From the NCBI GenBank assembly GCA_963693365.1, contig CAVNZM010000009.1:83641-147640 (forward strand): a stretch of DNA of 64,000 bases, written 5' to 3'. Position 1 is the first letter of the stretch. Each line of letters begins with the position of its first letter. A program made the translations under genes and the position numbers. The notes under the pieces are model-generated. The model did not search any database. It had not been told where the DNA came from and worked only from the letters and a program-made list of their open reading frames with translations. This DNA is from Amoebidium appalachense (taxonomy: Eukaryota > Protista > Ichthyosporea). This document shows, piece after piece, positions 1-27,412 of the stretch.

Positions 1-349
1 GTGTGGCCCTCGTACTCCAAGGGCACATTCACCATCTCCCCTTATAATTTGTGGTGAATTTATCGTGCTAGAAGCTACTCTGTGGGTAGTTAGTGAAAAA
101 ACCCGATGCTTATAAGTAACGCATGCACAAATTGTCATCATAGCATTACACTACCATAGTAGTTGGTCGACAATAACGATATATTGGGAATGTGGACACC
201 ATATTGTAAACCAAAAAATAATAACACCATAATATACTACACATACCTAACAATGTATTGTGAATGAATAAAATACTTGCTTACGTGCTGGTAACATACG
301 AGAAACAAGGATTCTCTCGCTCTTTTTTTCTTTCTTTTTTGTTTGTTTT

Positions 350-3490
<3,141 letters not shown>

Positions 3491-3699
3491 ACTTTCCTGT
3501 ATTATCCTTTATGCTACTTCAAGTTTTATACCCTGCCGCTTACACAGGATGTAGGCTGGTGAAAGGTTTAATGGTAGGACGTTCGGTGACGTTTGTACCA
3601 CGGACCACGGGAACATCTTCCCCCAGGAACAGTATTCAAAACAAAGAACTTTTATATTTTGAGGTGCTAAAAACGTGAGGACCACTTGTTATGGCCGTT

Positions 3700-4880
3700 G
3701 CCCTTCTCAATCTTGGTACGGAAATGCACCCATATTATACTGCAAATGTATTGTATATGACGTGTGTATATCGTACTGGTACTGGTAGTATATTGATAGT
3801 ACCTCCTACGTAATGATTTGTTCGCATTCGAACATACTGGCAGTATATACTGAGACTATAACCAATATATGGTGTCCTTAGCTGTGTCCGTATTGGTGAC
3901 AGTATTATAGATGTATTCGTGACATTGCCAATACCACTTGTGCCTTAGATATTCGCAATAGGATAAAAGTTTTCTTGCTATATCATGTTTATGTCCTACT
4001 AATATGGATGTGATATGGGTAGGATATGATCTACATAATGTCAGTATATGTCCACCCTAATACCACGGTATTAGCAATGTACTGCGCATACAAGGACTAC
4101 ACTCCGAACATGTTTGTTGAACATGTGTTGGCAATACATTCACAATATTGCAACTACATAGGTAAAGTGACCTGTTCTTTCATCCCCAATATTGTACCAA
4201 TATATTGGCAATAAAATACACGCCCCATATTTTCGGTTGCTTTTACCTATTGATAATAGGTGCATAATAGTCTTGATATTGTGACGGATACATTGGCAAT
4301 ACATTTGAACCGTATTGAGATCCTATTATAATCATATCATAACCCTATAACCAATAGCGACGTTATGTTTGTATCGGCCATATGGGACATATGTGTTGGG
4401 TATATTGCCAATAACCCAAAATGGTCAGGAATAATACATTCATAATATATTGGCAATAGTCTTGCCACGTTGGACAATACCATAATTTGACACAAAATTA
4501 TCCTACATTTTATATATTCATAACTTATTGACAATACTCCGCAAGCAATAGTATAATACCGAATAAATACATTGACAATATCGAAATTGTATTGTTAATA
4601 GGCACACGTACACGCGTTTTGAGATATTGCCAGTACATTACTCATACGGTATATAGTTATTGGTGGTAGACCCGGCATGGTATGACAATAATATCAAAAT
4701 ATGTTGCCGATATTACGTCAATATTACAGTTCTATTACACTTCTATAGCGTCTCTACCACAGAAAATCTCTACTCGCAATACATTGGCAATGGATAATTG
4801 ATATTACTTCAGTATTAATCTGGTATTTTTACGATATTGGCAATAGATAATAGCCTCACAATATTGGCAATACCGCCGGG
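3700..4880. mobile_element. Putative right end of a CACTA/EnSpm(CMC)-type DNA transposon with subterminal repeats, inserted into the gypsy pol gene
   Basis: AT-rich tract with about 10 copies of the quasi-palindrome ATTG(G/C)CAAT(A) in both orientations. It ends abruptly in ...ATTGGCAATACCGCCGGG (4880), where the protease ORF loses its coding character. CCC...GGG termini plus subterminal repeats fit the CMC superfamily (inference); the other end is not identified. Confidence 0.45.
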
Positions 4881-5760
4881 AAGTTTGCTGATGGTCCATT
4901 GGGCCACCTCCTGAAATGGGGTTTTCGGAGTAAAAACCCCTAAATCCCCTATCCTAACATGATTGCCGGCCCTGACACGTACCGTTTGGCACTGATAAGG
5001 CTCGATTACTACTTCAGCTACCGTTCTAGCACCAGACTGATAACCGTCGAGCCCATCATGGGTTTTAATTTTAACGCCGGACTGCAATTCTAAAACATTC
5101 GTACGTTCAAACAAAGCATTCACATGTCTACGGAAAAATGGGGCTCCCAACAAAACACTTTGAGCTAAATCCTTAACCACATAACAAGCAATATGCATAG
5201 CCTGGCCACCTATCTCACACGGCAACACACAAACACCTTCCACAGACATACTACTATTATTAGCACTACCTAAGGCTGTGCTAGAAGCATCTAAAATAGG
5301 AATTTCCCCCCCGGCCTGATTAAAACGACGAATAAACGAAGCATGCACACAATTAACCTGAGCCCCTCCATCGAGCAAAGCAACAGCCTTCAACTTACCA
5401 TCAGCTAACCATACGTCTATATAATGCCGGCTAAAACCAACTAAATCTTCCTCCAATTCAAGCAACACATCATCACTCACACCCAATCCCTGCCCCCGAA
5501 GACTCACACCCTCGATACCTACGTGCAACATACCTACCTGTGGTGCCTGCACGGGTGGGGTGGGGTGTGTATGTGGTGTGGGTGGTGGTGGAGTGTGTGG
5601 GTGTGATGTGTGGGGGGGTGGTGTGTGTGTGTTTGGTGTATGTGTGGGTGTGTGTGTGGGTGTAGGTGTGTCTGCAACCGTCGTATGTTGTTGTGGTGGT
5701 GTGTTTCTACGTGTCTGTGCCTTCCCCCCCCTTCCCTCTTTACTCGTGTGTGTCCCCCCC
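4881..5760 (-). pseudogene. pol: Truncated pol N-terminus: retropepsin-like aspartic protease
   Basis: ORF 4815..5552 contains VALLDGGAQVNCV (active-site D, DGG variant) and the downstream VLLGAPFF flap motif. The frame is open upstream to about 5810 and is cut at 4880 by the AT-rich insertion. Confidence 0.8.
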
Positions 5761-6117
5761 CCCTCCCGGAAACAATGGCACAGAAACCCCCTCCGGTGTG
5801 GTTAGAACAAACACCGGGTTGGGACAAGAAACACTGAGACCATCCACTTGTGGCTGGGGAACCTCCCCCAACCACAAAACATTCACACCATTCATACCTT
5901 TGGTAGAGTCACCCCACAAACATTCATGCCATACCACCTCGACGCTGTCTTGAGGACCCACGACGATGCCCGGCTCCCACACGTATCGGGGCGGTGAGGG
6001 GGCAAAGGGAAGCTTAACCTGGGGTGGGGGAGGGTGAAGGTTCTCTGCAACCTGGGGGGGACCGATACTGTCCCCCCCCCCTCCCTCAGTGACCCCAGCT
6101 TCCCCCTCCCCCGGAAC

Positions 6118-7452
6118 TCAATAGCTCTTGTAACTACGGCAATATGCAGCAGAGTGCCCTTGCCGGCCACAAAAGTAACATGCACCAAAGAAGGGGCCAG
6201 GGGGGACTTCAAAACCTTGGCGCAAAGCATAACCGGGAGCCCGGTCATGCTGGGGGGGCCCACCGTGTGCACCACGGCCCCCCCTTCCCCCCTGCCCCCC
6301 TCGGCCTCTCTCACCACCATTTCCACCCCTCCCTCTACCCTGCCCACCACCACGAGCAAGATAAGGGGCAAACCTCTCGGTGAACTGCTGCTGTTGTCCT
6401 CCACGTCCACCTCGGCCACGACCGCCGTGTCCACCCCGGTCGCCGCCACGGCCACCCCGGAAGCCGAAGCCCCCTCGGCCAGAGAAGACGGCCTGGGAGA
6501 GCTCGGCAACCTGCTTGACCAACATGGTGAGTGCATCTGGCTGTTCACCCTCTTTTTTCTCTTTTTCCCCCTTCTGTCCACTCTCCTTCTTTTTCTTGTC
6601 TACTTCCATCACCTCCTTTTTATCCCTCTTATTGAACTTCACCTCGTGCATGGCAAGCAAGTGACGTTTAACATGCAACACCACCTCATCTACATCATCA
6701 TGCTCCCCAAACATGCGTGCAGTGTCTGTGTTTACAGAGAGAGCCTTACGAGCAAACTCGAATTTTTCCCTATCACTCACGTCACCAGCTAACTCACAAA
6801 GGTCCTCAAAGACCCGATATTCCCTCTCAAAGAATGCACGAGCTTCTACGGGGGACATATCTAAAGTGGGAAAGGTATACTTCCATTCTCTGAGCTGGGC
6901 CCGGAAGGTACGGCGCCGGTCGGCCGTCAGGTATCGGCCGACGAGCCGGGCCGTATACTCGAGCTCGTTTTCCGGCCGTGTGAAGGCCTCGAGCTCCCCG
7001 TCCACGCCGTCGGTGCTGTTCTCGTCCTCGTCGTCGGGGATGAACCGTGCAGCCAGACGTTTCTGGCCGAGTGTCCGGGACACCATCTCGTCCCTCCCCT
7101 CGTCGTACTGCTGCTCGTATATACGAGCCGTCACCTGGGGGGCCTGCTCGGCCCGGTACGGGTGCTCCTCCATCAGGGTGCATAAGTCGGCCATTGTTTT
7201 GTGGTCGATGCACTGTTTGATCATTAAGCACGAGGCCGCCACAGTGGGGGCCTTCTTTGTGTCTAACACTAGGGTGGGTGTGTTAGCTAGGAGTGTCCTA
7301 AGCCACCTAGGTATTTCCGAGTCGTGTTTGAGTGTAAAACTGAAAGCTGTGGTCTGTCTAACGTCTAGTGTATGAACCTGTGGTACCTGTGTGTGCAGGG
7401 AGCTATCCTCCGCTGCCAATGCGTAGAACATATCTACGTTAAACTTAGCCAT
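6118..7452 (-). CDS. gag: Retrotransposon Gag protein (444 aa) with RGG-rich region and C-terminal zinc knuckle
   Basis: Long non-repetitive ORF ending in CYFCGRQGHSAAYC (C-x2-C-x4-H-x4-C), preceded by RGG repeats, upstream of a retroviral-type protease. Confidence 0.88.
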   Translation of the reverse strand: MAKFNVDMFYALAAEDSSLHTQVPQVHTLDVRQTTAFSFTLKHDSEIPRWLRTLLANTPTLVLDTKKAPTVAASCLMIKQCIDHKTMADLCTLMEEHPYRAEQAPQVTARIYEQQYDEGRDEMVSRTLGQKRLAARFIPDDEDENSTDGVDGELEAFTRPENELEYTARLVGRYLTADRRRTFRAQLREWKYTFPTLDMSPVEARAFFEREYRVFEDLCELAGDVSDREKFEFARKALSVNTDTARMFGEHDDVDEVVLHVKRHLLAMHEVKFNKRDKKEVMEVDKKKKESGQKGEKEKKEGEQPDALTMLVKQVAELSQAVFSGRGGFGFRGGRGGDRGGHGGRGRGGRGGQQQQFTERFAPYLARGGGQGRGRGGNGGERGRGGQGGRGGRGAHGGPPQHDRAPGYALRQGFEVPPGPFFGACYFCGRQGHSAAYCRSYKSY

Positions 7453-7484
7453 TGTGTGGTGTGTGCCCGAACTCGTGTGGTTGT

Positions 7485-7521
<37 letters not shown>

Positions 7522-7603
7522 CTGTGTGTTTGAGGTGTAGCAACAGCCCAGAAGGAACTGTCACCGCGTTACCCTAGCGCGAAAAACCGCACTAAAAGAA
7601 AGG

Positions 7604-8203
7604 TGTAGCTTGTCGTATCCTATTATATGTGTACTAGAGACGCGGCACTCTACTAAGTGTACACACACGAAAAGGAACGAACGTGTACAGAAAAACGGTA
7701 AAGTTTATTCAGACCAGGCTCCGACGGGCAAACTTAGATCCGAACGGAATGAGTCTAAGTTACGACTGAGGCCATCAAGGCCGTGCCCTCAAAGATCATC
7801 ATCACCTGGCCCCCTACGATGCCACATTCCATTAACATTCCGATCTACTTTTATCGTGCGCCTGCACGAGCTAAGTCGATCTACTCAACTAATATATTTA
7901 TCCAAGTCTCACCCCTCACCCTCCCCCTAGTGGCACCGCAGAGTCTAAATCTACATTTCATACTATCCTCCCCCCCCCCTCCCTCCCCCCCTTTCCTCTA
8001 CATCTACATATATAAATACGTTTGGCAACATACACTATCTAACCTTGTCAATACTTACAAAAGGGCTTCTGCCCGAACAATCACATTCCTAAGTCCTCCT
8101 ACGATCTATCCTACACACTAATTAGAATTCTATTGGACGGCTGTCCCGGCTGACGTGGTCCAATGCCCTGCGCCGGCAGAGGCAAGATGCACGCAGCTGT
8201 ACA
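7604..8203 (-). repeat. Putative 5' LTR (~600 bp, TGTA...TACA)
   Basis: On the minus strand it starts TGTACAGCT (8203) and ends AGCTACA (7604). It has a TATA-like TATTTATATA (~8009-8018) and AATAAA (7704-7709) about 100 nt before its end. The partner LTR is not in the window, so the boundaries are inferred. Confidence 0.55.
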
Positions 8204-8515
8204 GCTATCTTGAGGCCCCGGACTTGATCTTGATGATCTGTGGACCCGGGCCACCCCCCCCCCCCCCCCCCCCCCCCGATCTCGATCGTAGACTTAGGCT
8301 GATCTGCTGAGACGGATTAGTATATGTCACCGCCCACACCCCCGCGTGCTCGGGCACATTCCCCTGCACAGGGCCCCGCTGCCCTCCCTGCCAACCCTCA
8401 CTCGGGCCCAGCTGCCCTACTCTAACCCCCCGGGGCCCTGCTGCCCCCCCCCCCCCCCCCCCCCCCTCCCCCCCCCCCCCCCCGCTGCCGGGATCTCCCC
8501 GAGGGTGCCCCACCC

Positions 8516-9290
8516 TTGCTAACCACCCCCTTCCCCCGAGGCTCAGACCCGGAGGCCCGCCCGCTGCCCCAGCACCACATTGACACCTCCCGCCTCCGGG
8601 AACTGCTGGCCTCCTACCCAGACCAATCATTCGCCACACAACTCCTCCACGATGTCGAATTCGGTGTCGACTTCGGCTATCGCGGCCCCTCCACCTCTCG
8701 GGTGGGCCCCAACCTACCCACCACCCCGGAGGCAGCTGCCGCTATCACGGCGGATATTGCCAAAGAAGTCGCCCTCGGCCACCTGCGCGGCCCCCTCTCC
8801 CCGGCCCAATTCTTTGACGAATTTCCAGTCCACCGTTCCTCCCCCATCTGCGCCGTTACCAAGAAAGGGAACCCCCCCAAGTACCGTCGAATCCACCACC
8901 TCTCCTGGCCCCGGGGTAGCAGTGTCAATGACAGCATCACCTACCCCGACGAACTTCAGTACATTCGCGCCCGGGATGTCACCCAGCTCATTCATGGAGG
9001 CACGAATCCCGGCTTCCAAGCTCTCAGACCTACTCGACCTCACTTCCACCCAAAGCCCACCATCACCATTCGGGACCTCCAGTCCCTCCTCGGCAAACTC
9101 ACCTGGTGTGCCCAGCTGGTTCCCCCCGGGAGGGCCTTCTCCCAGCGCCTATGGGCCCTTCTCCGGACCCACCCACACCTTGCCGGCCACCACCACATAC
9201 GACTGACTGCTGCCGCCCGGGCCGACATAGCCGAATGGCACCAGTTCCTCACATCATGGAATGGGGTGCACCTCATCACACTACAACCAT
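8516..9290 (+). mobile_element. DIRS/Ngaro-like (tyrosine-recombinase) retrotransposon RT remnant, internally deleted
   Basis: Motifs SPICAVTKKG..KYRRIHHLSWPRGSSVND (RT start), MEARIPASKL (alternate frame), LQSLLGKL..PGRAF and RADIAEWHQFLTSWNG (RT thumb/connection). The catalytic YxDD region is absent. Confidence 0.8.
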
Positions 9291-9492
9291 TGCAGGTTCA
9301 CTTTCGTCCAAGGGGATATCCCCCTAGAGGCAACACACGTCCCGGAGTAGTTTTCATAGAATACGTTTTCCTTTGTCTTCATTTAGTTTGGTTTTATATT
9401 TTTATTTTTATTTGTGGGGAAAAGTTAAATCAGTACAGGTTGCATGTTACTATGTGATATTTTTTCTAGTATATTGACATGCGTTTCAACAG

Positions 9493-10206
9493 ATGACAAT
9501 GCCCCCCATTTGGGATTGGATCTGGTCTGTCGGGATCAGCAGCCTCACTCAACCTCGTCCCCCGGCACACGATCGGGAAGGTATAATTGACGAGGTCGAG
9601 CTTGAGGCTTACCGTGAACAGACCCTCAACCCCATCAACCCGCGCATTTCTACTTTGGGTTCCAAATCCAAGACGTTTGCGGATCCCTTGAGGTGCATTC
9701 AACAACTCCAAGTCGGTCAGTTCGCTGGCTACGTGTCTGGAAATGTAAACAATTCCTCCGGTGATCCAGCCCTGGCGCAGATTCGTTTGGTGAAGATCAC
9801 CAAAATTATATCCTCAACGGATCGATCACCACGTGTACTCGGCATGTTCTACATCGGCATAGACGTTTCGTTGTTCGACACATCGAAGAAGTTTGTCGAC
9901 GCTTGGCGACGAGAGGCCATTCTCGAAAAATGGCCCGACCATTCAAAAATACGGCGCCCTGAGTGCAGTGTCCCCTTTCCGCCCGAGTACGGCTATACCA
10001 GACAAGACTATGCTCTGGGGCATAAGGACTTCCACTTCAACGAAAATGTTCGGGTCACCTACGATGTCCAGGAGCTTGACTTGAAGTCAATCATCTGCAA
10101 TGAGATCACGCTCAACAAAGACGGCAAGCTCTCCAAGCGTCACGTCGAACGTCTATCCGACATCCACAAGCAAATGCTCGCCAAATGGGCGAAGAAACAG
10201 AAATAG
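9493..10206 (+). CDS. Hypothetical protein, 237 aa; probably the terminal exon of a transposon-borne gene
   Basis: Non-repetitive ORF with coding-like composition, preceded by a T-rich intron-like tract ending CAG and followed by an AT-rich 3'UTR-like region. It has a basic C-terminus (TLNKDGKLSKRHVERL...KKQK). No family recognised. Confidence 0.5.
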   Translation: MTMPPIWDWIWSVGISSLTQPRPPAHDREGIIDEVELEAYREQTLNPINPRISTLGSKSKTFADPLRCIQQLQVGQFAGYVSGNVNNSSGDPALAQIRLVKITKIISSTDRSPRVLGMFYIGIDVSLFDTSKKFVDAWRREAILEKWPDHSKIRRPECSVPFPPEYGYTRQDYALGHKDFHFNENVRVTYDVQELDLKSIICNEITLNKDGKLSKRHVERLSDIHKQMLAKWAKKQK

Positions 10207-10532
10207 TTGAATGCACTTCTTTATTATTATTTTATTTTTTCTAATTTAATTTCATGAATGTTTATTGATCAAATCCGTAGTGGGTTCTTTGCCATGATAA
10301 AATTTTTTATTGTTCTTTCCGTCCGAGTGCCCGTCATTTCCAGTCCTCTCTCTTATTGTACGAATGTATGTATGTAATCGACTATCGAGTGCTTGTCTTT
10401 GACATTAGGTTTGATTTTTCTTCCATTTCTAGCTGTTGTTTAATACTTTTATTCTGCACGATCCTTTGCCGTTTGATGTTTGAATCCATTTCTTTGTTTT
10501 GTTCTTGGACAAATGGGGTGTCTATTCTAGTA

Positions 10533-10652
10533 CAGATGCCGTCCGCGAATAAGAACCCCCGCCAATAAGATTTCGCCCCCGGCAAAATCGGTTTTTTTTA
10601 GATTCTGCCCCCCGGCAAGTTTTTGGGGTGATCTTATTGGCAGACGGATGAG
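10533..10652. mobile_element. Stowaway/Tc1-mariner-like MITE or transposon end (~120 bp), TA-flanked
   Basis: TA|CAGATGCCGTCCGCGAATAAGAACCCCC ... GGGGTGATCTTATTGGCAGACGGATGAG|TA: imperfect inverted repeats with TA on both sides. The right TIR (CTCATCCGT...AATAAG) resembles the Stowaway CTCCCTCCGT terminus. Confidence 0.5.
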
Positions 10653-10742
10653 TAAATCATACTGGATGGCCCCCCGCCATTAACTTAGACTCTGACCCCG
10701 ACCCTCCAAAAGATTTAAGATTCCGCCCCCCAGGCCGGGGTT

Positions 10743-10811
<69 letters not shown>

Positions 10812-10859
10812 CAAAAAAGTGCCGATTTGTCCGCTGCCGTGGGGGTTTTGTCTTGAAAC

Positions 10860-11149
10860 CTGCTCTAACTGCCACCATGCCTAGCAAGGTGGCTTGCTAA
10901 CGCGTATACAGTTTACGTGTTACCTGGGTCGCTGGAAAAATCGGCGAAATCCCCCCCCCCCCCCCCCCCCCCTGCCAGCCCACTGGCCCATCTAATCTTG
11001 TGTTCCGTTTTCGGAAAGTAGCCAAGAAAAATATGCCTTTCTTATGCGATTTTTTTTGTGGTCCTATTAGCCACGATGCCTTGCATGTTCGCTTGCTAAA
11101 GAGTATGCAATTTACGGGTTACCTGGGTCTCTGAGAAAATCGGCGAAAT

Positions 11150-11207
<58 letters not shown>

Positions 11208-11574
11208 TGCCCCAACCTACCCATATAATCTTGCATTCCATTTTCCGAAAGCAGCCATGAAATATCCATTTTTTTTGCAACTTTTTTGTGGTTGCTAACT
11301 GCCACCATGCCTACCCAAGGGTTCTTGCTAAAGGGTATGCAGTTTACGTGTTACCTGGGTCGCTGAGAGCGTCAGCGAAATCCCCCTCCCCCCTCCGCTC
11401 CCCCATCCTACCGATCTAATCTTGTATTCCGTTTTCCGAAAGCAGCCTGGCCCATGAAAATACGCCTTTTTTATGCACTTTTTTGTGGTTCCTAAATGCC
11501 ACCACATAGCAAGGTGGCCTGCTAAAGAGTATGCAGTTTACGCGTCACCTGGGTCGCTGAGAAAATCGGCGAAA

Positions 11575-11620
<46 letters not shown>
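10860..11620. repeat. Tandem array of ~190-230 bp units (4 copies), each with a variable poly-C run
   Basis: The core 'gtttacg.gttacctgggtcgctg..aaaatcggcgaaatCCCC' recurs at about 10911, 11110, 11342 and 11536. Confidence 0.9.
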
Positions 11621-11622
<2 letters not shown>

Positions 11623-12306
11623 GAGATTTAGGGGGCTCGGCAACCACTTTTACCTAAGTGTACGTACGCTGGGTATCCATGCCACACATGCTCGAAACAG
11701 TCGGAAGTTGGAGATACAGACTGTAAATAGAAAAGTCACGCTTTATCAATGTTTCAAATTACACACCAACCAATTTGGGCCTTGCATTCAACCATCCTAT
11801 ATATGTAATGTGTGTACGGCACATCTGTACCTGTCGTCTAGGCCATTGATCCCCCCCCCCCCCCCCCCCCCCCCCCCTCTCACCCCCCTCCCCCCCTCAA
11901 AAAAAAAAGTGTAGTACACAGCACTTTGAAATATCGCATTTCGATCGTACGACTTATTCAACATTGACTCCGCATATGAAGCCCCCCGCAAAACCGCCAT
12001 CTCGCACGCACGGACAACGCACACACGCACGCACGCACACACACGCACATGCACACACGCACACACGCACACACACACACACACAAAAAGATGGCGAAGG
12101 AGAAGGAGAGGATATTCAAGGTGTTTGCAAAGGAAAACGGGACCTAGTGTCGTGTTAATTACGTTACGGTCCCACTTGGTTGACACTTGCGGCACCAAGA
12201 AATGCGATGTACAACCTGAATGTAAGTGCGTGGTTGCCTATGGATCCATCCAGCGAAAAGTGCCGTGCGCAAACCCAAGCGGTGGGCAGCTTGTTTCAGT
12301 GAGGGC

Positions 12307-25528
<13,222 letters not shown>

Positions 25529-26969
25529 GACGCTGGGGGAGGCAAGTAGATAAGGGAGATGTTGGGGATGGGTGAGGGAGGAAAGGGGGAGGGAGGGGAG
25601 AGGGGAGGGGGGGGGGGGGGGTTGAGTTGCCGGAGAGTGGCAGGGTGATAAAGAGGGGGAGGCGGGGGGGGGGGGGGGGGGGGGGGGGGTAGTTATAATG
25701 CAGGTGTGTTTGGGTGCAGGGTTGATGGGTATGTGAGCATGTGATGTAACTACAGCATACAACGTACTGTGTTGGTGTATAACATACATGGCTGCGTGTA
25801 CTTCCGTGTGCTTTTGTCTGCATATGCAGGTGGAGGTTTTTTCCTCATGCGTGTGCATGTGTGTATGTGTGTGTGTGTATATGTGTGCCACAGTGTGTGT
25901 GTGTGTCTGTGTGCCTGAGTTGGCCCGTGTCTGTGTGTGTGTGCTGAAATTACTGTGCGCATACGGATATGGCAGTGTGCATGTGCCTTTGTGTGTGTGT
26001 GTGCATGTGTGCAGGAGTTTGTGTGTTCGAGTGTAGGTGTGTGTGTGTGTGTGTGTGTGTTGACATGTGGTGTGTGTGTGTGTGTGCGTGGGTGCATGTG
26101 CGTGGGTGCGTGTGTGTGTGTGCGCGAGTGCGCGTGCGTGTGCGTGTGCGTGTGCATGTGCGGGTGTGGGTGCGGGTGCGGGTGCGGGTGCGGGTGCGGG
26201 TGCGGGTGCGGCTGCGTGTGTGTGTGCGTGTATGTTTTGTATGGGCACAGGGAAGGATGGTACATGCAGCAAGCACTGTGTGCGTGTGCGTGTGTGTGGT
26301 GCGGTGTGCGGAATACCCGCTGGTAGGACAGCTCATGGTATTAGGCCCTGCTTAGCCAAAACTAGCCTTTTTCCGTGCTTCGTGCCCTCTCCAACCCTCG
26401 CCCTCGGACTTTAACCCCACCCCTTCCCCTTCCCTCTCCCCCCCCCCTCGCTCCCTCCACCCTTCCTTCTCCTCTCCTCGCAACCTCATACACAAACCCT
26501 CTCACCCACCCGCCCGTCCCTACCCTCCTCTTTCCCTACTGAACACAGTGACGGACATGCAGACGCCCAGATCCTTGAAGCCATGCCTCTCCCACGCTTC
26601 TATCTGCAGCAGTAGCTTCAAACACCTACCCGCAGATTCGTTGGCGTACCTCGCCCTCCTCGCATCAACACTTGTGATTTGTGCTACTAACCTAGTTGGC
26701 AACCATGCGCTACAGGGATCTACCCAAATGTCTTTCACCCCTCTGTGCGGTGTGTGTTTGCTTGCACAAAAGCTCCATTCGTACACCGTATGGGCTATAC
26801 GCGCACACATCCACGCGCACAGCACACTCCCCTGCTAGACTCACCGGCACACGTGCGTGCCTCTGCCAGTGACTCCACTCGCTAGGCCGGGGCCGCCTTT
26901 TCAACACACGGCGGTTACGTATACGGCGGCGGGCGGTTGCTGACTCACACCTGAGCTGGGGGCAGGCGA

Positions 26970-26977
26970 TTATATAG
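26970..26977 (-). promoter_or_regulatory. Candidate TATA box for the nucleotidase gene
   Basis: CTATATAA on the minus strand, with a CCAAT at ~26999, upstream of plausible 5'UTR exon(s) and splice donors (~26845, ~26522). Positional inference only. Confidence 0.35.
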
Positions 26978-27048
26978 TGGCGCCATGATTCGCATCCACC
27001 AATCAACTACAGCAATATGTTGATCTAGCCATATAAGGCATATCTGAA

Positions 27049-27140
27049 CAGGGTTCGAAGTTACGAAAAAATATCGGAATTTCCGATATTTGAAAAAACA
27101 GTTCCGAAAATCGTCCCGGCCGAATCGGGACGGCCGAGAG

Positions 27141-27187
<47 letters not shown>

Positions 27188-27380
27188 CCTCGGCCCCCGG
27201 GGAGAAGCTTCTCATGACTTCGCAGGTCTCATCATACACGGGGCATACACCACCCACACAAGCTGCACACGTACGTACGTGTCTCCCTGTCCCTGTAGAA
27301 TGTTCAATGGCAGACCCTGGCTAGAGCGCCAGCCTAGCACATGTACATGTTGTCACACCAAACACATTTATGCACACACC

Positions 27381-27412
<32 letters not shown>

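Larger units (their letters stand above)
4881..8203 (-). mobile_element. Ty3/gypsy-like LTR retrotransposon, 5' portion (LTR, gag, protease), truncated before RT
   Basis: LTR-like segment followed by a gag ORF with a CCHC knuckle and then a retropepsin motif. No RT, RNase H or integrase follows in this window. Confidence 0.85.

Noticed and set aside
5892-7375. Overlapping and antisense ORFs over gag (also over 33000-35000 and 49143-50846)
   Set aside because: Shadow ORFs of GC-rich coding sequence with no independent motifs.
26520-26825. 101-aa ORF upstream of NT5C2
   Set aside because: No recognisable motif and a non-ATG start; more plausibly 5'UTR exon sequence.
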